DNA of 64,000 bases from Candidatus Bathyarchaeia archaeon (GTDB taxonomy: Archaea; Thermoproteota; Bathyarchaeia; Bathyarchaeales; Bathycorpusculaceae): the NCBI GenBank assembly GCA_049516875.1, contig JBEKSS010000001.1, positions 1-64,000 on the forward strand, in the 5' to 3' direction. Below are positions 40,626 through 49,396 of this stretch, one piece after another. How positions within the stretch are numbered: position 1 is the first letter of the stretch; each line of letters begins with the position of its first letter. Position numbers and translations under genes: made by a program. The notes beneath the pieces are model-generated. The model ran no database searches and had not been told where the DNA came from. It saw nothing but the letters and a program-made list of their open reading frames with translations.

Positions 40626-40878
40626 TCACCTTGACACCGTGTTCAGATCAGCAATCACAAACTCCAATAAAAACCCACATCCGACCAAGCGTGCACTATT
40701 GCCAGAAAAAGAAAAACCAGCTACCGCCCGCGCGAAGGCAGCAACAGTCTTCCAATCAACAGCAAAGGATTAATGCGGGTTCCTCCACTTTAGTTTCGGG
40801 TGTTAGATGTGAGGAATAGCGTTCTCTGTTCGTAAGAACAAAACCTTTAATACCCCACGAACCGAATCAGAAAGTTTC

Positions 40879-43800
40879 ATGGAGTTTTTGAAAAAAATCG
40901 AGGAAAAATGGCAGAAAAACTGGGAAAAAGCCAGAATCTTCGAGACTGATCCAGACCCGTCCAAGCCCAAGTGTTTCATCACCGTAGCCTATCCCTACCC
41001 CAATTCGCCTCAGCACATCGGCCACGGAAGAACCTACACCATGGCAGACGTCCACGCACGGTACATGCGAATGCGCGGCTACAACACGCTACTGCCTATG
41101 GCCTTCCACTACACGGGTACGCCCGTACTGGCAATGGCCAAACGCCTCGCAGACAATGATAAGGACCTAATCAGCGACTTCGTTAACGTGTACAAAATCC
41201 CAGAACAGAAACTAGAAGAGCTCACGGAACCCATCGCTATGGCCCGTTACTTCCACCAAGAAATCAAAACTGGCATGAAAGAAATAGGCTTCTCAATCGA
41301 CTGGAGACGTGAATTCACCACCGTAGACCCGCATTATAACCGCTTCGTAGAATGGCAATTCGAAAAACTGCGCCAAAACGGATACATCACGCAAGGAAGC
41401 CACCCAGTGGGCTGGTGCCCCAAAGACGGAAACCCAGTCGGCATGCACGACACCGCAGGCGATGTTGAACCAGAAATAGGCGAGTTCACACTCATAAAAT
41501 TCACAAAAGACAACATCGTCTATCCAGCCGCTACACTGAGACCTGAAACAATCTTCGGCGTCACAAACATCTGGCTAAACCCCAGCACAAAATACGCCAA
41601 AGCCACGATCGACGGCGAACCATGGATAATCAGCCAAGAAAGCGCCGAAAAACTCGCCAACCAAAACCGAAAAGTCAAAGTCCAAGAAACCTTTGAAGGC
41701 AGACAGCTCATAGGAAAACACGTTCAAAACCCAGCTACAGGAAGAGAAATCCCAATACTCCCAGCAGACTTCGTAGACCCTAAGAACGCCACAGGTGTCG
41801 TCATGTCAGTCCCAGGACACGCCCCATACGACTACATCGCCCTAGAAAACATAAAGAAAGAACCGCAGAAGCTGAAACAGTACGGAATAACAGCCGAAGA
41901 CATAAACACGATCCAGCCCATCTCGCTCATCGAAGTCAAAGAATACTCGGACATTCCAGCAGCAGACGTAGTAAAGAAAATGAGCATCAAAGAACAGACA
42001 GACTCGAAGCTGGAGGACGCCACGAAAGAGGTCTACAGGCACGAGTTCCACAACGGAAAAATGAAAGCCAACACAGGCAAGTACGCCGGCATGACCGTGG
42101 CTGAAGCAAAAGACAGAGTCAAACAGGACCTAATCCGGGAAGAAAAAGCCACAACCATGTACGAACTGCTTAACAGACCCGTCTTCTGCCGCTGCAAAAC
42201 AGAGTGCATCGTCAAGATAGTCCAAGACCAATGGTTCATCGACTACGGCAAACCCGAGTGGAAGGCCTTAGCACACAAGAACTTGGACATGATGGAAATA
42301 CTGCCCGAAGAAGTACGACTAGAATTCAACAACGTCATCGACTGGCTGCACGAAAGAGCCTGCGCGAGAAAATCAGGCATGGGCACACGCCTACCATGGG
42401 ACAAAGACTGGATCATCGAATCACTCTCAGACTCAACAATCTACATGGCCTACTACACAATAGTCAAACACATAAAACAGCACAAGATCCAGCCAGCCCA
42501 ATTGACCGACGAAACCCTCGACTACATATTTTTAGGCCTTGGAAAACCCGCAGAAATCAGCAGAAAAACGGGCGTAAACACCAAAGTCCTGAATCAGATG
42601 CACGACGAATTCATGTACTTCTATCCGCTGGACAGCAGGCACTCAGGCCGCGAACTCATCCCCAACCACTTCACCTTCATGATATTCAACCACACCGCCA
42701 TATTCCCACAAAACCATTGGCCCCGCCAAATCGTCACCAACGGACACGTCATGATGGAAGGCTCTAAGATGAGCAAATCCTTCGGAAACATCATCCCCCT
42801 ACGCGAAGCCATAACGAAGTTCGGCGCAGACCCAGTAAGACTGAGCGTCTTGTCAACGGCTGAACTGCTTCAAGACTCCGACTTCAGCCCCACAATAGCC
42901 AAATCAATGCGCGACAGACTCGAAAGACTCTACAGATTCGCCTCCGAAACCGCCAAGCCCCCAAGCAAAAAAGCCTCAAAGACGACGTTGACGGCGATGG
43001 ACAGGTGGATGCTCAGCAGACTACACCAGCACATCAGAAACGCAACCGAAGCGATGGACAAACTGGCCGTCCGCAAAGCCATACACACCGTACTCTTCGA
43101 ACTGGATCAAGACTTCCAATGGTACCAAAAACGCATCGCAGATGGAAAGGAAAACCCGAAAAGGAAAGCCGCATCAGCCTACGTTTTTCATGAGGTCTTA
43201 GACGCGCAAACACGGATGCTGGCACCAGTTGCACCGCACACATGCGAAGAAATATGGGAAATGCTAGGCGGAAAAGACTTCATTGCGCGAAGCCCTTGGC
43301 CAACACCCGACGAATCCAAAATAGACGTCAAGGCAGAGGAAAATGAAACCCTCATCGTGAACGTGCTCGAAGATACGCTGAATATCCTTAAAGCGACAGG
43401 CGCAAAACCCGAGAGGATATGCTATTACACGGCTGCCCCATGGAAATGGAAGACGTATATGAAAGCGCTGGAAAAATCCACTTCAGAAAAGATTCTGCAG
43501 AAGGATTTGATGAAACAGCTCATGCAAGAGCCGGAATTGAGGACAAACGCTCACAAAGTAGCCAAGTTCGCAGGTCAAATCGCAGAGGAAATAAACCGAA
43601 CTTCCGAAGAAACAAAACAAAGACGCATACAAACCGGACTTGTAAACGAGACCGAGGCATTAGAAGAAGCACAGAACTTCTTCAAGAAAGAGCTGAACGC
43701 GGAAATCCACGTCTACAACGAAGAAGACGCTGAACGCCACGACCCCAAACAAAGGGCACAACTCGCCAAACCCTACCGCCCAGCCATTTACATAGAATAA
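40879..43800 (+). CDS. leuS: Leucine--tRNA ligase
   Basis: AYPYPNSPQHIGH, ATLRPET, TGVVMSVPGHAPYD, KMSKS. Confidence 0.98.
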   Translation: MEFLKKIEEKWQKNWEKARIFETDPDPSKPKCFITVAYPYPNSPQHIGHGRTYTMADVHARYMRMRGYNTLLPMAFHYTGTPVLAMAKRLADNDKDLISDFVNVYKIPEQKLEELTEPIAMARYFHQEIKTGMKEIGFSIDWRREFTTVDPHYNRFVEWQFEKLRQNGYITQGSHPVGWCPKDGNPVGMHDTAGDVEPEIGEFTLIKFTKDNIVYPAATLRPETIFGVTNIWLNPSTKYAKATIDGEPWIISQESAEKLANQNRKVKVQETFEGRQLIGKHVQNPATGREIPILPADFVDPKNATGVVMSVPGHAPYDYIALENIKKEPQKLKQYGITAEDINTIQPISLIEVKEYSDIPAADVVKKMSIKEQTDSKLEDATKEVYRHEFHNGKMKANTGKYAGMTVAEAKDRVKQDLIREEKATTMYELLNRPVFCRCKTECIVKIVQDQWFIDYGKPEWKALAHKNLDMMEILPEEVRLEFNNVIDWLHERACARKSGMGTRLPWDKDWIIESLSDSTIYMAYYTIVKHIKQHKIQPAQLTDETLDYIFLGLGKPAEISRKTGVNTKVLNQMHDEFMYFYPLDSRHSGRELIPNHFTFMIFNHTAIFPQNHWPRQIVTNGHVMMEGSKMSKSFGNIIPLREAITKFGADPVRLSVLSTAELLQDSDFSPTIAKSMRDRLERLYRFASETAKPPSKKASKTTLTAMDRWMLSRLHQHIRNATEAMDKLAVRKAIHTVLFELDQDFQWYQKRIADGKENPKRKAASAYVFHEVLDAQTRMLAPVAPHTCEEIWEMLGGKDFIARSPWPTPDESKIDVKAEENETLIVNVLEDTLNILKATGAKPERICYYTAAPWKWKTYMKALEKSTSEKILQKDLMKQLMQEPELRTNAHKVAKFAGQIAEEINRTSEETKQRRIQTGLVNETEALEEAQNFFKKELNAEIHVYNEEDAERHDPKQRAQLAKPYRPAIYIE

Positions 43801-43841
43801 AATATATCAACCAAATACCCTTCCTTCTATTGCCCGAAAAA

Positions 43842-43955
43842 GGATCCGTAGCGCAGCATGGATACTCCTTAAGCCATAAAGCGCGTCGGCCTTCTAACGC
43901 GCTAAAAGCCGAAGAAAGCCGAAAGTCCTGGGTTCAAATCCCAGCGGATCCGCCA
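43842..43955 (+). tRNA. tRNA-Arg(UCU) with two introns (D-loop 43864-43879; canonical 37/38 43897-43916), CCA encoded
   Basis: Acceptor GGATCCG/CGGATCC, D stem GCGC/GCGC, anticodon stem TCGGC/GCCGA with CT-TCT-A, T arm CTGGG-TTCAAAT-CCCAG; both introns form 4-bp helices with 3-nt bulges. Confidence 0.93.
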
Positions 43956-44115
43956 CACACCGAGCGAATATGTACCTTGACTACTTGTATTTCCCCCTTT
44001 TTTCCAGAAAGAAGATGAGGAATTGCAGCGTCTAGAATTTTGTTGTTGGGGTAAAGTTTTATCCCAAACACACACACGCGCACTATGTCTGTCTCAGTCT
44101 GTCAGTCTCTCAAGT

Positions 44116-44952
44116 CTATTTTAGTCCTTTCTTTTTACTTAACTCCTGCCATATTTTCAAGCCTCTTCGAATACGTTTTTTTCTGTTCAAATCGGTAATA
44201 ACCGCGAAAGTGCCAATTCGAGGGTCAGGCGAAAGAGTAAATGTTGAGTTCGTTGTTTCAGCCTCTATCTTCATAGCTACAAAGCATTTGTGTGCAAATC
44301 TAACATGAGTCTTAGCGCTCTCCCAAATGATTTGCTTGGGGCTAAACCTTAAGTTGTGCTGATTTTTCCAAATATTAGCAAGCATATTTATGGGATAAGC
44401 TCTTGCGTCAATTTCCAGTTCGATGTCTCGTTTTTTTCTTCTTATCTTAAGCCATTGAAATCCTGATTCAAGATCCCAAGGCAACGGATTCCCAGAAACC
44501 CACTCGTTATTCATAATCTTAGCAGCTAATCGATTTTGCTGATCATAAAGCGTTGCTGAAATCTCTATTCTGTTTTTGTTGATATTCAAAGATAGCAGAT
44601 TCTCACCATCAATTGCCACTAAATCTCCAGTGCCAATTATTTGGCTAGTCCCGACATTAACAATAGGAATATTCTGATTGACTTCTAGCTGCCCTTGAAC
44701 AAACCCTTGTTTAATATTATAGGGATTCGATTTGTAGAATAGTTGTTCTTTCTTAGTCATTACTTTGTGTGTTGCTTTGTAATGACATGGAAAAGGACAA
44801 AGCAGCATGATATCCTCCGGTTTTTTGGATTTTCTTACAATATGGTGATATTGAACTATTGGTTGACCACATTTGCAACACCCAAAACCTGCTTCTTGTC
44901 TGACGATTCTCTTGACAGGAGCGGGTATCTCAGTTCTCTCGCTCATTTTCAA
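44116..44952 (-). CDS. HNH endonuclease domain protein
   Basis: KRIVRQEAGFGCCKCG...QYHHI...DIMLLCP..CH. Confidence 0.82.
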   Translation of the reverse strand: MKMSERTEIPAPVKRIVRQEAGFGCCKCGQPIVQYHHIVRKSKKPEDIMLLCPFPCHYKATHKVMTKKEQLFYKSNPYNIKQGFVQGQLEVNQNIPIVNVGTSQIIGTGDLVAIDGENLLSLNINKNRIEISATLYDQQNRLAAKIMNNEWVSGNPLPWDLESGFQWLKIRRKKRDIELEIDARAYPINMLANIWKNQHNLRFSPKQIIWESAKTHVRFAHKCFVAMKIEAETTNSTFTLSPDPRIGTFAVITDLNRKKRIRRGLKIWQELSKKKGLK

Positions 44953-45111
44953 TCACCTATTTTGGGAATGCGATTCTTGGAATCCACTTCCGTTTTTCAT
45001 TTCTCAAGTATTGAGCTAACAGGGAGGCCTCTTCACAAATCAACGTCTCAACTTCCTGACTTTTACCATATCTAATCCGTGGGATATCAACCCTCATCAA
45101 TAAGTATTCGT

Positions 45112-45363
45112 TCAGATGTCTAAGCAAATCTCTGTGTTCAGTTCACTTAAGTACTGCCTCTTTCCTTTCTTTCTCGTTGAAAGAATCTCTGTCTTCAGAA
45201 CGAAGTCAGACGGTTTGAGCTTCTTACAGTACTGGATCAGAAAGTCGTCTATCAAATAGCGGTACAATTCCATGAAGTCACATATCAGACTCGGCTTGCC
45301 CATTGCGGCAGTGTGCAGAAACCCAAGGTAGGGTTCAAGCTTGGCCTTTATCAATAGCGCACG
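45112..45363 (-). pseudogene. cas1: C-terminal fragment of a solo Cas1 (casposase-like)
   Basis: RALLIKAKLEPYLGFLH...GKPSLICDFMELYRYLIDD matches the Cas1 LDPYLGFLH..R/KPSL..D.ME.FR motif; N-terminal two-thirds absent. Confidence 0.88.
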
Positions 45364-45701
45364 CGCTCTTCCTCCTTGGTTTCCAAAAGTCGCTTGACGC
45401 TCTCTGGAACTTGTCCTTCAATCCAAATGTCTTCAATATCTTTGAACGGCACAAATACAATATCGCCAAAAGTCAAATGCGTGATTTCAGTTGGAGTATT
45501 ATCGAGAGTTCCCTTCACAAGCTGATTTTCAACTTGAACTTCGGAAACCTTGACCCACATATGTTCGACACGTTTACCAGCAGAGAATGCAGATTTCACC
45601 ATATCGGCTTTGAGTAACTGCTCCACAGTGAATTTTCCCTTGTTTGGATAGAGTTTCTCTGAACATTCAGGACAAACATAGAGAATATTGGGATCAGACA
45701 T
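45351..45701 (-). CDS. DUF2314 (YegJ)-like protein with N-terminal CxxC
   Basis: EHMWVKV...GTLDNTP...LTFGD.V.V....IED; GGAG upstream of ATG 45701. Confidence 0.7.
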   Translation of the reverse strand: MSDPNILYVCPECSEKLYPNKGKFTVEQLLKADMVKSAFSAGKRVEHMWVKVSEVQVENQLVKGTLDNTPTEITHLTFGDIVFVPFKDIEDIWIEGQVPESVKRLLETKEEERVRY

Positions 45702-45831
45702 TATTCTCCACTCCAAACGCGCGCGCCCTAAGTATCCCAATTGATTTAACTTATCGTTTATGAATCGGAAATTCAGAACCAGAATTGGGTTTGGGTTTGT
45801 GTGTGTGCGCGCGCTTGCTCTTCCCTTTATC

Positions 45832-46047
45832 TCAATCTCCTTTTCTAAGATTTCTTTTGAACATTTTCTCGATGTTATAATTATCAACCGCTTGAAGACT
45901 TTCTTTTATCAATTCAACTTCTGTCTTTCTAGGGACATAGGAAACACTACCATTAGAATTAATCCAGAAATTGGAATCTTCAACAAAATGCACAACCATC
46001 AATAGGCGACCGTCAGAAGACATACGAACTTCAATTTTCGCTGGCAT
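45832..46047 (-). CDS. Hypothetical protein (71 aa)
   Basis: ATG ORF of natural composition with AT-rich upstream region. Confidence 0.55.
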   Translation of the reverse strand: MPAKIEVRMSSDGRLLMVVHFVEDSNFWINSNGSVSYVPRKTEVELIKESLQAVDNYNIEKMFKRNLRKGD

Positions 46048-46575
46048 GCAAAAATATATTGTGGAAGTGATATTTTTGCGTTGAGTTTTTGATTAACTAC
46101 TGCATCGTTCGCTATTTTTGTATTATCCAACGTTGCATTCGCTAATTCAATAGGCTAAAACAGGTGATATTCACTTCAATAAGTTGAAAAGGTAGCATGT
46201 AACTTCAATCATTTGCTTTGGAATAGTAGATTTTAATGTTGCTAGAAATACTTGGCTCAAATTGGTCAGTTTATGTTGATTTGTTTATCTCAGAAAGGTA
46301 TAGCAAGAGTGGAAGCGTTTCTTGACTCACTACCTTGCGCGTGCTTTTATTTGAAATAACAAATTCGAGAGCCTATTAAGGTTAGAGGATTCTAACTAAG
46401 AGCGCGCGCTGCCATGTATTCATCTTTCCCGATTTTCTATGCTCTTATTCTCCAGATTTGAAGTTTTACAATTACGAAGGGTTTTGGGATTCCTTTAAGC
46501 GCGCCATAAGCCATTTTGAAATGAATGAAAGAATTTATTAATCTGTTGAAATAGAATGGTTCACTGGGAATAGCA

Positions 46576-47034
46576 TTGTCGCAATTACTTCCTCTCGAGA
46601 AATTTCTCTCAATGTTTGAGTCTGATTTGCAAAACACGGTGGCTAACATTGAATGGATGATACCAGAGCGAAAGGATATTTATGGTTTAGTAAGAAACGC
46701 ATGGAAAGAGCTTCAACCGCAATTTGAAACAGCGACAAAAGAGATACGTGAGATTGTATCTACCGATGTTAGCGCGGGCGCGCGCTTTCAAGCTATGGGA
46801 TTATCAGGTTCACAGTTAGAACTAAAGATTAAAGAATACACAAGACGTAGAGAACGACTGCTTAATTTTGATAAGCTTAAGCTATCAAGAATTGCAAGTG
46901 ACGTTTTGAAGAGATTATTAAAAGCGTTATTGACCTCTGCTGACAATATACTTGACACTTTGGCATCAATTTTCCCTCCTATGCAGGCAATCAAGGAATT
47001 CAAGGATACTCTCGTAAGTATAGCGTCAGACTAA
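46576..47034 (+). CDS. Hypothetical helical protein (152 aa)
   Basis: Long ORF in AT-rich region; no motif recognised. Confidence 0.7.
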   Translation: MSQLLPLEKFLSMFESDLQNTVANIEWMIPERKDIYGLVRNAWKELQPQFETATKEIREIVSTDVSAGARFQAMGLSGSQLELKIKEYTRRRERLLNFDKLKLSRIASDVLKRLLKALLTSADNILDTLASIFPPMQAIKEFKDTLVSIASD

Positions 47035-47126
47035 GTGTAGCGCGCGCCAGACTTGAGAGTTGCCGACAAATATAAGACGAACTTCAACAATATGAGAGTG
47101 ATTTCTGCCTATTTGGTGATAGCAAC

Positions 47127-47342
47127 ATGGTCAGCGATACTCTCGTAGGAAAAATAATCAAAATGTCTGGTAACAACCTTACAATAAGGGTTTTTGTTGA
47201 GTCTGGCGAAAAAACAGAATACTATGAGGTAACGCTTCCAGTCAAAGCAGAACTTCTTGACACTGCTGTGTCAAATATCGGCAGGAAGGTTAGTTTCTAC
47301 ACATGGAAGGGCTATATAGACGGTCTCGAAACAGCCTCCTAG
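47127..47342 (+). CDS. Hypothetical small beta-rich (OB-like) protein
   Basis: GGTGA RBS, ATG start, TATAAG upstream. Confidence 0.65.
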   Translation: MVSDTLVGKIIKMSGNNLTIRVFVESGEKTEYYEVTLPVKAELLDTAVSNIGRKVSFYTWKGYIDGLETAS

Positions 47343-47552
47343 CCACTTGCTCTGCGCGCGCAAAATAAAAAATCCAGAAACAGTGTCGTCGTCCGTCGTC
47401 GTAAATATTGTGTGTGTGGATAAAACTTTACCCCCAAACCCAAACCCTGCCGAAGCAGCAAAGAAAAACAGAGACGCAGAAAAATCTGCAAAACCGCTTT
47501 AGATCTTCATCTCTTCAACCTTTAGCGAGCTAGGGGGCAAAACTGGTGATGA

Positions 47553-47699
47553 TTAAAAAGCCTTCAGAGCTTTCATTTGATTAGATAACTTGAGTTTAAT
47601 ACAGTTAGTGCAGACCGTGACAAATACCTTCTCATTAGGAAAACCCACTGCATACGGCACTATTTCTGCTCCACACTTGGGGCACTTCACTTGCGACAT
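47553..47699 (-). CDS. 48-aa Zn-ribbon protein (not in ORF track)
   Basis: MSQVKCPKCGAEIVPYAVGFPNEKVFVTVCTNCIKLKLSNQMKALKAF*; GAGGT RBS. Confidence 0.68.
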   Translation of the reverse strand: MSQVKCPKCGAEIVPYAVGFPNEKVFVTVCTNCIKLKLSNQMKALKAF

Positions 47700-47784
47700 T
47701 CTTCTACCTCAGCTATCCAACTGATCAATCAAATTGAAACGGACACTTAAACGGTATTTCGATCAGCAGAATATTACCAAAAAA

Positions 47785-47931
47785 GCGCGCGCTCGTCCTT
47801 CTCACACACACGCCGTGTGAGTGTGTGTTGTATGGGTAGGTATAGGTAGGTGTAGAGGTAGGAGTTGGCAGTGGCAGTGACCGAGAGTTTGAGTGACTGG
47901 CAGAGCGAGTGACCGTGAAATTGGTTGGTTG
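47785..47931. repeat. Stuttered low-complexity tract
   Basis: GCGCGCGC, CACACACAC, GTGTGAGTGTGTG, repeated GGTAGG, TGGCAGTGGCAG, GAGTGAC x2, TTGGTTGGTTG. Confidence 0.8.
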
Positions 47932-48582
47932 AGGGTGAAGTTTTATCCAATTGACCAAATTTCGGAGTTGCGGAAAAGTTATAGCTGAACCAGTTCAATC
48001 AGCTTCAGTGCGTGTTCACAATTGCTTGAAGGAAAGAATATTAACATGAGGGTTATGGAGAAAGAGGACTTGCCACTATTTGCAGAATGGGTTAACAAGC
48101 CTGAGTTCATTGGTGAATACAATCCTCTGCGACAGATGTCCAGAACAGAGATAGAGAAGGGTTATGAAAAAAGCAGTCTTGAACAAATGGAGTTTATTAT
48201 TGAAAAGAAAGATGGAAATAAAATCGGTTACATATGGCATTTTGCTGCCCATCCTGTAGCAAAACTGTTGGAGATAGGTTATTTCTTAGTTCCAAGCGAG
48301 AGAGGTAAAGGCTACTGTACTGAAGCCGTCAACATTATGGTCGACTACTTGTTTCTCTCAAAAGAAATCATACGTATTCAAGCTCATACTGAACTGAGAA
48401 ATATGGCTTCTCAGAGGGTTTTAGAAAAAGTTGGATTCAAAAAGGAAGGAACAGTTCGCAAATCCTTTTTCAACAGAGGAGAATATAGAGATGCTTGTCT
48501 GTATAGCATCCTGAGAGTGGAATGGAAAGAACCAAGAATACTGACAAGGACCGCTTAAGAAATGGGGATAAGACTTCACCCC
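47932..48582. mobile_element. 651-bp single-gene module bounded by variant inverted repeats
   Basis: AGGGTGAAGTTTTATCC (47932-47948) and GGATAAGACTTCACCCC (48566-48582): 15/17 inverted match, both carry the TGAAG variant. Confidence 0.65.
48022..48558 (+). CDS. GNAT N-acetyltransferase, RimJ/RimL type
   Basis: EIGYFL...RGKGYCTEAV, NMASQRVLEKVGFKKEG. Confidence 0.93.
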   Translation: MLEGKNINMRVMEKEDLPLFAEWVNKPEFIGEYNPLRQMSRTEIEKGYEKSSLEQMEFIIEKKDGNKIGYIWHFAAHPVAKLLEIGYFLVPSERGKGYCTEAVNIMVDYLFLSKEIIRIQAHTELRNMASQRVLEKVGFKKEGTVRKSFFNRGEYRDACLYSILRVEWKEPRILTRTA

Positions 48583-48679
48583 TACATACACCACTCTTTC
48601 TAGACCGAGGCACCAGTAAAATGCAGTCAACACATATATGACATAGCAATCAAAGACTCAAAAAGAGGAAACACCAACT

Positions 48680-49132
48680 ATGAAACAGCAAACAAGCCAG
48701 TTCTCAGAAAAAGCAGCAAACTTCTTCAGGCAAGACTACAACTGCGCTCAAAGCGTCCTGTTGACCATGCAAGAATACTATGGCATTCGCAGGAACAGGT
48801 TAATCCCAAAAATCGCCACAGCGTTTGGAGGGGGAATCGGGAGACGCGGCTCACTGTGTGAAGCGTTAACAGGCGCCATAATGGCCATTGGGTTGAGGCA
48901 TGGAACCAACAAGACAGTCTTGGCAGAAAAAGAAAAGGCATACCAGATAGCTCTAAGATTCTACGAACAATTTGTAAAAGAATGTGGTAGCCCCTTCTGC
49001 AGAGAACTCATCGGATATGATTTAACTAATCCCGAAGAACTCGAAAGACTACGAAAGTCAAACGTGCGCGAAGAAAAATGCTCCTATTTCGTGACAAAGG
49101 CTGTTGAAATACTGATTAGCTTAGAAGAGTAA
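48680..49132 (+). CDS. C_GCAxxG_C_C family putative redox protein
   Basis: YNCAQSV, AFGGGIG..GSLCEALTG, CREL, KCS. Confidence 0.88.
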   Translation: MKQQTSQFSEKAANFFRQDYNCAQSVLLTMQEYYGIRRNRLIPKIATAFGGGIGRRGSLCEALTGAIMAIGLRHGTNKTVLAEKEKAYQIALRFYEQFVKECGSPFCRELIGYDLTNPEELERLRKSNVREEKCSYFVTKAVEILISLEE

Positions 49133-49229
49133 TAGAGCCCAGCGTGGACTTGAACATAAGGCAAGTGGCGATGTCTCCCGCAAACCCCTCTTTTTCTATG
49201 TCAATCCAGATTCCGAGTTCATCATTATA

Positions 49230-49256
49230 TAGCGAATCCGCCGGGAATTGAACCCC
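49230..49256 (-). other. Isolated tRNA 3'-end fragment (att-like scar)
   Basis: Minus strand GGGGTTCAATTCCCGGCGGATTCGCTA is 22/27 identical to 43929-43955. Confidence 0.6.
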
Positions 49257-49396
49257 GCAGGGTGAATTTGACCCGCCTCTGGGTCTTCTTCAGCATCCCT
49301 CTTTTTTCTATTTTGCGCTTGTATGCTTCTTTTGTCGTACATGAAAGCATGCTCTTGCAAGTCAATTTCCACTTCTAAAGAATGGTAACATTTTAT

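Larger units (their letters stand above)
44048..47434. mobile_element. Casposon-like remnant bounded by perfect 17-bp inverted repeats
   Basis: GGGGTAAAGTTTTATCC (44048-44064) and GGATAAAACTTTACCCC (47418-47434); contains cas1 fragment and HNH gene; AT-richer than flanks; 92 bp downstream of tRNA; no TSD or polB seen. Confidence 0.7.

Noticed and set aside
43830-44018. 62-aa ORF over the tRNA
   Set aside because: The sequence is explained by tRNA-Arg and its introns.
45081-45095. GGGATATCAACCCTC as a sixth motif copy
   Set aside because: Shares only GGGATA and ACCC with a shorter, different centre; too weak to call.
45351-45887. 178-aa ORF as a single gene
   Set aside because: The N-terminal 62 aa translate GC/GT stutter tracts (GRASARTHTNPNP); the plausible gene starts at ATG 45701.
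44030-47450. Complete autonomous casposon
   Set aside because: No polB, cas1 is a fragment, and the flanks (AGAATTTTGTTGTT vs CAAACCCAAACCCT) show no target-site duplication.
44000-49000. CRISPR array near the cas1 fragment
   Set aside because: No regularly spaced direct repeats with 30-45 bp spacers; the motif copies alternate in orientation and are 0.5-3.4 kb apart.
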